Positions 1 to 12,500 of a stretch of 41,794 nucleotides of DNA are shown here, piece by piece (position 1 is the first letter of the stretch; every line of letters starts with the position of its first letter). The notes beneath the pieces were generated by a model. That model did not search any database. It was not told the origin of the DNA and saw only the letters and a list, made by a program, of their open reading frames with translations. Origin of the DNA: Catajapyx aquilonaris (taxonomy: Eukaryota); NCBI GenBank assembly GCA_000934665.2, contig JYFJ02003430.1, positions 1 through 41,794 of the forward strand, read 5' to 3'. The translations under genes and the position numbers were made by a program.

Positions 1-385
1 AGGCACATTCAGTCTTATATCCAAGTCGGTTTCACTGGTCCGGTTTAAAGTCAGCAGAGTTTTTTTTAAGGCTTGGAAGGACATAGGAAAGGAGAAAAAT
101 AGAGCCCTGCTAACAGAGATAACAGTCATAAAAATTCGGCCCATAGACTTGTAAGCACATAACATACAGCGTGTATAAATAGAGTGGACTAGAACGATTC
201 TTTGGCGAGACTTGATGGCACCGTTCACATATTATTATTTCCGTGTAGGAATGGCAAAAAATTGCTCCTATTCCCCCTTCATCACCATTGGATCTGGGCA
301 AAAAATAATAATCAGTACCTGTTCAAACAGTTACAAAAATAGACTATTCTGTGGCACCCTGTCACCCGTCACTTGGTCACCGTTC

Positions 386-586
386 TCAACTCGTGGGGGT
401 CGCAGCCCCGTTCTCTTCCGGTAGCTGCGGCTGCGGCTTCTGCGGCTGCTTCACTGATGTGCTGCTGCTCGGTCTGTCCTCTAGGAAGTATGTCACCATG
501 TCGCCTTTGCCTTTCACCTTGATGGTGCCGCGACAGGTCAGGGGGTAGCCCTTGGCATGGAGAATCTGGTACATCTCGTGCGTCAC
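386..586 (-). CDS. ADCY5: AC5/6 terminal coding exon 20
   Basis: aacag|[38 protein letters not shown] plus a short S/P/Q-rich tail; TGA at 388-386. Confidence 0.95.
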   Translation of the reverse strand: MTHEMYQILHAKGYPLTCRGTIKVKGKGDMVTYFLEDRPSSSTSVKQPQKPQPQLPEENGAATPTS

Positions 587-3500
587 CTGTTGGTTATATT
601 GTCAAATTAATCACAGGTACAAGCATTTTTCCAAGTTATAAATAACACAATCATCTAAGCTAGAGACCCATTTTGTCAGATTATCCATGGAAACACTTCG
701 TGCAAGTATTCAGTGCTAGTCGATGATAATGCGAGTGATGGGATAATGTGGCACATGAGTGACGCTTTCACGTCGGAATTGGACGTCAATGATATGTTTT
801 TCCCCCCATCGATATCGATATACAATTAGCGGTTGGCCAGGTCCAGTCGTGCCTTTGAAGATTATTGGGGTGGTTTGTAACACAATCGCTTACATATTTC
901 AGATGGGCATATCCAATATTGACAACGTCCGTTAGTCTGTCGAGGATATCTGGCATGTAGTGTGCAGATTACATCAGTCAACGAGGTCGACTGTATTGTT
1001 TCACATGTATTGTCTCATAGCTTACGAGTTAGTCGATGACTATTATTCACCATAATTCATCATGATCTCGATTAAGAAACACAATATTAAAATTTATTCA
1101 TGGCGTAATTAGAACAAGCTGTGCTTATCTGAAGAAGTCATAAATAATTATGTACTAAATTATTTCACCGTACTGCACAATCCATCACATTGTCATCTAT
1201 ATGTTTGGCAAATATTCTCCTGGTGAGCAAATTTATGCTCGTAATTTACCGCCTCGTCAAAATTGTGACTGTAGGAGACCTATTGGCACAAGTCTTCTCG
1301 AAGATGTCACTATAAATTAGATTCTCGATGCCTAAGTAAACCATAGTTTTCAAAATCAAATTATTATTTCAGGTCATCCTCGCGCCTTATCAATGACAAT
1401 AATTTGAACATTTGATATGAAGAATGATAAAGGTTGGCCCGACATGCGTCAATCCTTACCTGGATTTTATCCAGAACACCAGTCGAGTCCATCCTGCTGG
1501 CAACGTTGACCGCGTTGCCCCAGATGTCGTACTGAGGCTTCCTTGCCCCAATGACCCCAGCCACTACCGGACCAATGTTGATTCCTGTCCCACAAAAAAA
1601 AACATTATTTTGAAACCGAACATCCAGATCCCATTTTTATACCCCAAGATATTACCTATCCTTATTTTAAAATTGTTGAAGGAATGCTCGTTGACGTAAG
1701 CCAGTTGTTCCCTCAGTCGAAGAGCGTAGTCGGCCATGGCAGTGACGTGGTTGTATCCGTTCATGTCGCACGTGGCCTTGGTCAGTCCGGATGCAGCCAT
1801 GTACGTGGCCCCTGTCGACTTGATCTTTTCGATGTATCGAAACTGATCCTCGCTCAAAAGCTCGTCAAAGTCGGCAATGATCTCGTTCAGGAGACGCAGG
1901 CATTCCACACCCTCGTTATTCGCCTCCAGCTCCACGTAGAACTCGGAGAAGTTCGGTATGGACGCGAACAGCACGCAAACGCATTCGCACTGCTCGTGGT
2001 ACAGCTCCTGAGTGGTTACAAGAAGATCACGATCAGTAATTTCTATTTAATCCACTGTAGAGGACAGGTACGACCATAGCCATTTGTTGTAACTTGTTTA
2101 ATAATATGTATCTTAATTCAAAATAACGCAAACCCTGCAACTAGTCTAAAGGGGAAATGACAAGTTCAGCTTGGAATGTGAGCCAGCAGGTGCCATGTGA
2201 GGATTGGAGGAGGTTCTGCACCTCGTCTATCAGTCGATAGATGGCTCGGTTGCTATTCTGCACTGCCAAAATGCCAACATTGAGGGTATTTCGCATATGT
2301 TTCGGGACAGAAGCCAAAGAGATCAAAATGGCATACATTATTCTTCATCTCAAAATAACCCGAGGCCTTTCTTCAGCGTTTCCACGATAAAATGTTAACC
2401 AGGGTTATTAAGTCCACGCTTAAGGGCATAATCACTAATACACCCCAAATAATGTAGGGAACTTTTCTGCTCTTCAGAGTAGGCTCCGGTAATATTATTC
2501 ACGTGCACTTTGTCGGCAATGCGCAGAGATTTGAACAGAACCTAATAAGACGATGTGTGTCTCCAACTTTTTTCACATTTTAAATCAAGAAAATGAGTTT
2601 CATAAATTTATCCAAATATATTTTTAAAAGTGATTTAGAAGTATCGCATAAGGAAAAAGCTCATTCGATATTTTCTCGACTATCTTGTAAATGCCTCAGT
2701 TGCGTAACAGCCTTTCATATTCTTACATCTCCGGTCTTGTCTCCTCCTAGGAAATGCTCTGCGACGTGAACAGGAAGAATGTTGGCCAGTAGTTTCCGAT
2801 TGTAGGCTTGTAAATGCTCAGTCTCATCCTTTTCCTCTGGAAGATACAAATTTTTGTAACCCACATCTCTATACTGAACACCATCGCCTACTCACCTGTA
2901 GCTTGAAGCTTCCACAGAAAATCAAGGCGAGATGTAGCCTCTATTTGTTGCCCATGGATGATGAGTGCGATCATGAAGCTGACCAGGATAGCGACGGTCA
3001 CAAACCGAGACTCCACAAAATCTTGCTGCGGATCTCTGCATTGGAAAACAACGTTAGAAACGCAAAATTGAGTTGTTGTTCCAACAAAGTCGGAATATGC
3101 TTATTGGTGAATAAATTCGAGTTAAACTCACCCTGCGTAGACATGGAGAAGGTAGTCTCTGACTTGGAAGATGTTGGAATGTGACACGAGTACCATGAGC
3201 AGATAGGCGACGCAAATGGTGCCTAAGATGAGCATCTTCAGGACGCTCATCACAACTTGGAATATTGCGCAGCAAATGAGCACCAGGATGAGGCAGAACG
3301 TGAAGTACTGCGTGAGGTACACATCTCAGAATTCAGTTACTGACACCAACAATGCAAACGGGCAATACTCACGTCCGGAAAATGCGGCGTTGCACCTGCT
3401 CCTTCGCACAATCCGATGTCTTCACGTCCGTACGTTACATTAACGACAATGGCAGATATCGAACTGTTGTACTCAGTTTCGTTAAACAGGACCGCCAGAC

Positions 3501-6500
3501 ACTCGTCCAATCCTTCCATATGAATGACTATCTGTAGGAAGAAAAGGACAAGTGAAAGTTCGTTCCAAGATCTTAAGGCAGTCCAAACTTATCCAAATCG
3601 ATCAAGTGTACAGCAAATATTATTCTTGGATTTTTGTTTGGATTGCCTCAAGATTTCAGTTGGACTATAAACTGACCATAGGTATTAACGTGGCTGAAAA
3701 AACCACTAGCACCACAGCACACGCCAATGCCTGGGACACCGTTCGACTCGCGTATATTTGAGACGAAATCGACTTCAGCACCGGTATGCACTGCGAAAAA
3801 ACACGACATTAAACGCATGTAACACACTGTACTCCAAGTTGAACCCACCTCCCATTTTTCGGCCACCACCAGAAGAACCATGAAGAGATGCAGCACTCCT
3901 CCGAGTGCAAACCCCATTAGCATTTCCTGAGAGCTTTTGGAAAACAGGAACCGGGGATAAGCAGGCTGTTTCTCAGCCATTTCACAAAATCTACATACTT
4001 AGGAATGATGATTAGTTCGGTTCCGACGATGCACAGGAATATGAGGAAAGAGCAGATGAAGTAGGCTTCCAGCATCTGGTCTCGTTCTTGAGAGTACTGA
4101 AAAAATGGGGGATTCCCAAGGAGTTTATCAAGATTAGGATCGATATGCGGAATAAGTAGCGCGGCTTCCAACCTTTTCTTCAATTTCCGACTTGCGGAAA
4201 GTAAGCAGGAATCTCTTGCAATGTTCGAGTCGGAGACGATCGATGCTGCGAGCATCTATGGCTCGAGACAGGTAGTCGTTCACTTCGTCCTCAGGGTTCT
4301 TGCTTTCCTCGCCGAATCCCAATCTTTAAAAGTTGGACCCAAAAAAAGAGGTAATCTTTTAATGGTGCAGCTCCGGAGGAATTACGGATTACGTACTTGC
4401 TGTGAATTCCTCCGGGCTTCGGATGATCCCCGTGGCCTCTCATCCGGAGCTCCTTTGAAACGCTGCCGTTCAGGGCGTACATGGTCTTGCGGGCTTCCTG
4501 TCGATGGGGAGAAAACCAATGTGATTGATTATACGTGCAAAAGCACTTGGGGTTCAAACGAGCTTGAAACGTGGTCACTACAGTGGGAAGTGAGCCGGAA
4601 TCGTCATTTGTCTATCCAAAATTTTACGCGTCTAAGTAATATTGTCAAACGTGGTGATATTGTGCCAGGTGGGGTGAGATTGTGCCAGCGCATTTTTGGA
4701 TAACAGTGCGCCCTACTCGCAGCAGATGTACAACGTGTACACTAATTAACTTAGGTACCGGTACATATTCCATTATATTAAGGAATATTCAAGATTGGCA
4801 ATCACGATGAGAATTCGCTGTAGGGCGCAGTGTTCTACACAAGAATGCGCTGGCACAATCTGATCCCACCTGGAGCAATCTCACCGAGATTGACGGTACT
4901 ATATTTAACGAATTCAGTTGTAGTCTTCAATACACGGAAAAAGGAGCTGGGCTATAGCAAGTAGAGTCAACATCAGTAATTGCTTCCAGGTAATCATAAC
5001 TAATGCAGATGTTGACCTGAAGTAAGAAAAGGATAGCAGAGGGCGAAACAGTTTTATAACTTGGGTGTACTTGTTTGTTGAGCAAATGCCTTGTGTTCAG
5101 TATTAATTTTCCATAAATTCTTATCAATCATAAATCCTGTGTATACACTTTATCGAGGAAGCAGAAAACAATTATTGTTTTCTGCTCTACTCAACACATT
5201 CAAAGACCTGCTTTGGAAAATGCCTGCTGTGTACACTTAGGTTCCGTATAAGCACGCAAACCCACCAGGGCTTAAAGAAAGGTAAAATAGTACAATGCTA
5301 GTTGCACTAAGTACATTTATGAGCAAATAAGCTCATAGCGCGGTGGTGCCTTGAATGAAACTATTTTTACTTGCTTCTTTGCCGACTTCTCGTTGCGATG
5401 CACCCATATATTTTATGACTGGATAACTCAGCATATGAACTCACCTCCGTCCTGACAATCCGGCTCTTGTCATCCGGCACGATGAGATAAGTCTCAATAT
5501 TGTGGTCCCGAAGGTAGGTATTTCTCTCTCCTCCGTACCCCGGCTCCACTTTGTAATCTCCTCCCAGGTAACTCAGAGTTTCCTTTGTGATGTGAATGCG
5601 CCTGGAAGCAATATATGAACATATTATATAAGTCCCCCACAGTCAGCGATATTACAATGCATACCCGGGTATCCCTCCGCTCTCCATGTAGTTGGCCAGC
5701 GTGACGTCGTTGGACCACACGTCGAACTGCCACTTTCGGAGACCAAGGACACCGCAGTGCACGCGTCCAGTATGGATTCCGACTCTCATGTTGACATTCA
5801 CCGTCATCACTTCGCGTACCAGCCTGAATAAGAACCCAGATTTGCATGTGAGTGGCTCGTTCCCCCACAAATCGACCCTTGAAAAACTCCGGGCTCTGTT
5901 CGGATTTAATTATTAAGTCTGGCCTTACACGGGGGGCTTAACTCTGTGGCCTCATGGTAATTTTCTATCCGCGTTTGCTACCATAATGATCGGGGGAATA
6001 AATCTCAAGACTTTGCAGAATGTACGCGCAATTGGCTAATGCGGATGATCCCAATTGTGAGCCGAGTTTAACGTTAGCGTCTCATTTGTCATCGTGTCAA
6101 TACACGCTACTGCTGTTTGCTGGAGGCTGATCCATAGTACGTTTGGTCATAAAAGATTCTAGCCTGGAAGGGTCCAGCGTCAATAGGCTTTGAAGCCCTC
6201 GAGTCCAAAATCACCGAAAAATAATTGAAGGGACTTCCCTTTGGGAAATCTTTTCGAGACATACATTAAACTCCCTGGCACTGTAAACATTCAATAAAGA
6301 TCTACGCGGTATAGGCCTACTGAAGTTGCCACAAATTGAAGCAATTTTTTATCACACTCAGCAATTACTTGGGACCAGTGGATATTCGTTGGTATTGTTG
6401 GGTTGAATTGATCTAGTCACATTTAGGTGCAAGATTGTCAATACGGGTACCACCACAGGGACTCTCAAGCTCAAACATTGCTGAAGGTGCAATTTGAGAA

Positions 6501-9500
6501 ATCCGCAGAGTAAACCCCAATAACACTTGCAAAAAAACAAAAAAAAACAGTCCAATCAAAAACCCTTGTGACAGTGAGCCTAGTGGAAACTCGGAACCGA
6601 AAATGACATTCTTTGACCGCAAACGTTGATTTTCTCGGAATTAGAGATAGTCCAGGGAGAGGGAATGTCCAGAAATTACGTGAGTTCCTGCAAAGCCAAA
6701 CTTTGGCTAGACGCGTGATTGCGTTTCTCGTGAGTATGCTCAAGCAAACTGAAGGTGTCCTCTCTAGAATGTGCAAACATCGTGTTTCAGAGGCGCCAGA
6801 TGCTGCCGTCCGGACCCACTTTGAACGGCAAATACTATAGAAATGCAAGAGAGGAGGGACATATTTTCGCACCGGAACAATAAAACAGTCTGCGCCTAAT
6901 TGAGCTAAAGAGCATTCGATAATTAACCGGATTAATACACAGAGCAGCAGTTTCATTTTGAACCCGGACACTTTGTTCCTGTTTTCATCGCTGTTTTTTT
7001 GCCATAGTCCAGAAATTCCCGTCCAAAGCGCCGATAATTTCGTCAAAGTTCATATAAAAAGGTAATACCTGTACTGTCCATGTCAAATAACTTTCTGGCC
7101 CTATGCACAACCTGTGAAACTATCATGGTGATGGTCTACTTTTGACCGCACATTGCGCTAAATTAACTTGCGTTGTATGCGATAAGCAAAAAGGCGTGAT
7201 TTTAAAATTATAACTTAATGTCAAATATGGCGTCCCTATTGGCTACCCTGGACTGTAATGGCGGGAATCTGCTCCTGGCCTTGATTGTACCTGTCGCAGT
7301 ATTCAAAATTTAATTACGTCCCCTGGTGCAGCCCACTGTGGCATCCTGATTAAATAGTGCAATCAAGCTCTCTCTTGTGGATATTGCTTTCATCTGTGAC
7401 GGCGCATTTATACACACCGCTTCCAACGCCCGACGCTTTTTTTTTTGTCGTCATAAGGTCGGACGGATGGTCGGATTGATGGGATGCACTTACGCAATTG
7501 CGTCTATCATGTCGAGTCCCATTTCCACGCAGCCGGTTGCGTGATCCGGTTGCGGCTCCGGAAGTCCGGACACGCAATAGTAGCAGTCGCCCAGAAGCTT
7601 GATTCTGAGACAGTGATGCTCTGCTGCAAGTCGATCGAATCTGCATATGTCACATAGAGAAAGGGAGGCTATAAGGTCAAGATGTCTCCAAGATTTGTAT
7701 TGGTGTCGTCGTACCTTGCGAATAATTCATTAAGGAGGCGAACCAGCTCTTCAGCAGTGCACTGGGCTGATAAGCAAGTGAACCCGCAGATGTCAGCGAA
7801 CAGGATGCTGCAAAGTCATGGATTAGTGTAAATGGCACAGGAAGTTTAGTCTGCTTTAGACACCAATAGTTAGCTTCAAGATTAAGCATATTAAATCAAT
7901 CAGTACCTGACGTTGTCGTGTCTCTGGATATATATCTTGTGAAACATTGCATCCTTTTGCTTCCCAGCAATATCTGCTTTCATCTCCATAGCCACATGTC
8001 TGGGCAGAACAGACAACAACAACCGCTCCTGCGCAGGACAGACAAAAAAAAGAGTTCACAATAATAGCCTCTTCATTTGGACTCCCCTAGGTTTGGACTT
8101 GGAAGAGAAAACACAACAAACGAGATGTCTCTGAGAGGCCACAGAAAAGCACACAAGGTTCGTTGCCCTGCTTGAAACCCGCTACCTGGACCATTAACTT
8201 CAGCCCCAAAGGCCTAGGTGCATGTTTTCTCCTCAGATGTCAATTGAGTCCCAGTTCCAGGTCATCGATCAAGGCAAAGTCTCCCTATTCCAAGCTAGAA
8301 CATTTCAGTTTCACCAGCAAACTCGGCCACACAACAAAGCCAGCAAACGTGTTTTTCATCTCTTGCGAGATTAATACTAATCTGAATATAATTTATGTGC
8401 TGCCCGCATAATGCAAAATTAAACTCGGCCTAGCACATGTGCGTAGTTAATGAGCATATATTTTTTTATATCCCTCAAGTGCAGATTAGGTGTTTACTAC
8501 AATGGTACCCGAATGAAAAGCACCGCTTGTGAGCAAGATTGATCCGAGTATTCCAACAGCTGCATTGGACGTGAATCAAGCCTTGTCGAGTATTTTTCCC
8601 TCCTCAACATCGGTCTGGGCCAATTCTCCACAATCATTTCCGGAATAAAATAATCTCGGGGGAAACGAAAGGAAGATTTTCCTCTCAGGTCTCTTTTTGG
8701 ACAAAATAGTATCGCAACGGATAATCTGGTTTGAAATAAGGACCCCAGTTTTTTCCTGCTATAAAACTGCGATTGTTTGGGAAGCATTTCTATGCCTGTA
8801 GAAGATTTTCACTGGTGAAATATCTAGGTTGTGCTTATATGCTATTGATATTTGGAGCAAGATTTATCGAACAGCAATAAAAAGCCTACAGTTTCGCATT
8901 GGACCATTAAATCAATTAAAAAAACTTTATACCTTCCCATCCTGCTTCTGATTTTGATTTATGCGACTCAAAATGGGAGGGAAAGTAAATCATCTTTTTT
9001 GGCCCAGAAAAACCAACTCACGCGAAAAGATAACATTTTCTCGATGAATTATTCGCTTCTTCCAAATCCAATGTCCAATAAATAACAGGTCGTACCTGCT
9101 GCTGGTTCTCCCTTTGAGTAGTGAGTCTGGCTTCCACGCACTGTCGAGTTTCGATGAAAGCCTGCCTTTGTGCTATTTCATTTGGATAGTGCGTGAAGAT
9201 GCCAGCCAAATTGGTGCAGATGAAAAGTATCGAGTTGGACGCCAACTGAAATAAAAAATACATATATCCAGGGGTTAAATGCGGGCCATTTGTGTCATGA
9301 CAGCAAAGAATATGGTGAAGCACAATGGGAATAATTCAGCGGGGCACACAGGAAGGAGAGAGAAATGTTCGTCCATCTGATGACCCGAGCTGCGAAAACA
9401 AAGCAAAACCATTTCGGATGTGTGCAGTTCGGACTCTCATTGTGTGCAGTACAAGGTCCTCCCTTTGTGGGGTGGAACCATCCCACAGCAATTTGCAGCC

Positions 9501-12500
9501 CTAGGTTTACTCGCACATCTACTGAGGTCTCGCTTGGGACTTTTTCACTGTCAATGTGATCAACTGGGGGCACTTTTCATAATGCTCGGTGCAATATTAT
9601 TCATCAGAGAGAGAGAAAAAGAGGGGAATGTAGTCCTGGGGCGAATTTTCACATTTACAGTACATACGGTATAGGTAGAAAATGTGGTCATAATGTCATC
9701 CTTGTCTCAATTATTTTGTTGTTGAATATTTTTAATATTTTTATTAGCATAATGACTAAAAATCTAAGCGGCATAAGTCACAAAGAGAAAATGTGAATAA
9801 AAAATTAATAAATCGCCTATATTTAAATGTTAAACTCATAAACTGCTTTTATTTGACTTTTCATTACTTTTTGTAACAAAATCCAACAATACGAAATCTT
9901 TTGTGTAATAAAATGTGCTTTACAGTGTTCTCAAAACTGATTGATTTGCCTAACCTGTAAACAAATAATATATTTGTCACTTATGCCCTTTTCCATGCCA
10001 ACGCCTTAATTGTACAAGTATCCTACATTTAGGACGCTACGTATTTTTATGATGAATATAAACTCAATTACAGTCAGGTAATTTGCATAAATTTCTGACG
10101 CAAATAAATTCAGCAATTCCAACCCGATGCACTCATAAGATTCTCAGTGCTTGTGACTAGCTATATTACCGTACACTCCATTTGATTACCCGTTTCCCAA
10201 ATAAGTTAAAGTACCTGCTGGCAGGATATAAAATAAACTGCTTTACGGACATGAAAGTGTCGGCTAATTCACTGGACCTGAGCGAACGGCAGGCTGAACC
10301 TTAAAAAAAAGCGAGGGTGCAAAGGGTGGTGGGGGGTACTGCTCGTATAAAGATTAAAGAGTTTCGTCTTGTGAAAGGGTAATTCCGCTTTTCTTGGGCC
10401 TAGTTAGGGACGGCGCTCAGCGTGGAAACGACCAATTTTGGTAACGAACTCGAGTGGGTCTGGCCCAAAGGTATCTCCGAGCCTCATAATCACTTTTTAA
10501 TAGGGGGCCCGAGGCGCTTTGCAAACTATCTGGCCCAACGGCGTATGCAAAAGCGAAAAAGAGAGACGCGGGAGTATAGAGAGGTCTCATTACCTAAAGT
10601 GAGCATGAGGATTTTTCAAGAGAGAAAATTGCTGCAAAATCCATAAAAAATGGAGTACATTACCTGCAGCCGTGTAATTTGATTCAGGTCAAACGGTCAC
10701 ATTTGTCGCTGTGATTGACTCTAATGACTTAATGGATAGGTGGACAAGGCATTAATGGAAATTCGAGGCGAATATGATTGCCCTTTTCCCTGTATGGCAC
10801 CACTGACATATATAGGGCATGGAGTTGCCAATTTTTTTTTTGCAATCTTTTTCCAGAGACAGCGTCTTATGCATACTAAGGAACATCCGTCTTCTGGGTT
10901 GTCAAAAGTAGTTATCTGAGAGTAAAAGAGAGTGAAACAAACTTTTTTGTCGTGTCGTATAAGAGACACGAGATGACACTTGGATGTCTGATTTGAGGGC
11001 GTTTCCCTCTTCAACTTCAGCAAGTCTAGATTAGAGTGTTCGCGAAATTTTTCTTCTCCAAGATAACAAAAAAATCTTCCACGAATAGTATCAGAAGCAG
11101 CTGCAACTCCTTTTTTTTTGTTTGGCCTTCGGTGATTACGAGTTGAGCGGAAACATTTGGTATTCGCCCTTTTTCAAGGAGACGTTTCCTTTATAAAAAT
11201 CGCCATTCCTTTCCTTAGAGAAACCTTTTTCGTTTAGTCAGCGATAGGCGGGAAACCACTAATTTCAAAGTTCCTCGGATGTATCGAATTCCACTCTTTA
11301 AAATATTAGAATTTATCAGTATTGCTCGGTCATAAGCAATCAAGCACTCGATATTAATGGAGGGAACAACGATATTACGAGCAGCCAAGTTGATAATTCC
11401 TTACTAGCTCTAATTAAATTTACTCTGCAGCGTTATGAACTTCCCAAGACTTTTCAAGCCACTGTAGATATCGACTCGGAACTAAAATTATCCCACAATA
11501 TTGAACCCCCACGAACCAGGTGAAGGTACGCAAATGACTTTTTTTTCTAAAAAAAAAAAGAGAGAGAATATTTTCGGGTACCCCCGTGATTTGATCAAAG
11601 CCCACCGATAAGTTCAGGTCTGGCACGTGTAATGGCCCGAGACACGAAAACCTCTCGGGGTCAATCCCAACAAAACTCCCCCCCCTCCCCGCCTTCAGCA
11701 AGTTGCTATAGAAAGGAGCCTTGCATTTATGTATATCATGAACCGCCTGCCTCATTTCACATTCTTTTTTTGGCGCAGTAAACGCGACGCAGCGATTTCT
11801 TGCGTTTATGCCGTCGGCTCCGACTAAATGAATAAGAATTAAGGCTGTTTTTTTGTGGAGTGTAACGCGCAGTTTCATTTCTGCTCGATTTTTGTGGAAA
11901 TTCCTGAAATGTCTTCTCCATCCGGAAACGAGTTCAGTTTCCTCCGCATTCAATCTGATTACTCCCTTCATCTCCTCCTATCGATCAGTCAGTCGTCGAT
12001 GATATGTGAACTGTTCAAGAAAACTGGAACATCAGCCTTTAAAGATGACATGCACATTTCTGTCATGCTAAACCGTTTCCAGGACAATAATGATTTTTCT
12101 CTCTCCAGAAGTAAAAAGGTGCATTACACGCTCTTTGATCCTCAAAAAAAAATCTGTGATGGTAAAGGCTCAGTTGGAGCGTTTTAGCAGATAGCGGTCG
12201 TAATTACGTCTATGATTATTCATTGTACTTGATTACCATAGGTGCCAGCCGGGCGTATAGTTCCAACGAAGGAATCGCCGCCCGATTAAACCAGAGACAG
12301 ACGCGGCTGGAAATGTCCAATTTCCGATGCGACCGACACCCGTTTCACTGGCGCAATTCTGTTTTGCAGCTTGTGAAGGGCTTTTCTATGTAGTCAGCAC
12401 TTTGAGCAAAATTTTGTGGACAAGGGAGAAAAATACGGAACTATTCCCCCCCCCNCCCCCCCCCCCAAAAAAAAAAGAAAACCCGGGGCCAACTCTTGAA

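Noticed and set aside
1..385. Polyadenylation signal for the cyclase
   Set aside because: I saw no AATAAA or ATTAAA on the minus strand here; the 3' UTR probably continues beyond the window.
1684..2079. Plus-strand ORFs overlapping cyclase exons (also 4221-4703 and 18731-19140)
   Set aside because: These are antisense shadows of GC-rich coding exons.
6471..7046. 191-aa minus-strand intronic ORF
   Set aside because: Non-ATG start, no recognisable transposase or other motif, and not needed for the cyclase frame. It may be decayed repeat DNA, but I could not define its ends.
11420..12187. Overlapping 183-aa (minus) and 110-aa (plus) ORFs in intron 2
   Set aside because: No family motifs, no convincing splice signals, and the longer one crosses homopolymer runs.
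12446..12480. Long poly-C run containing an N at 12455, followed by an A tract
   Set aside because: Probably an assembly join or unresolved homopolymer; treated as a data-quality caveat, not biology.
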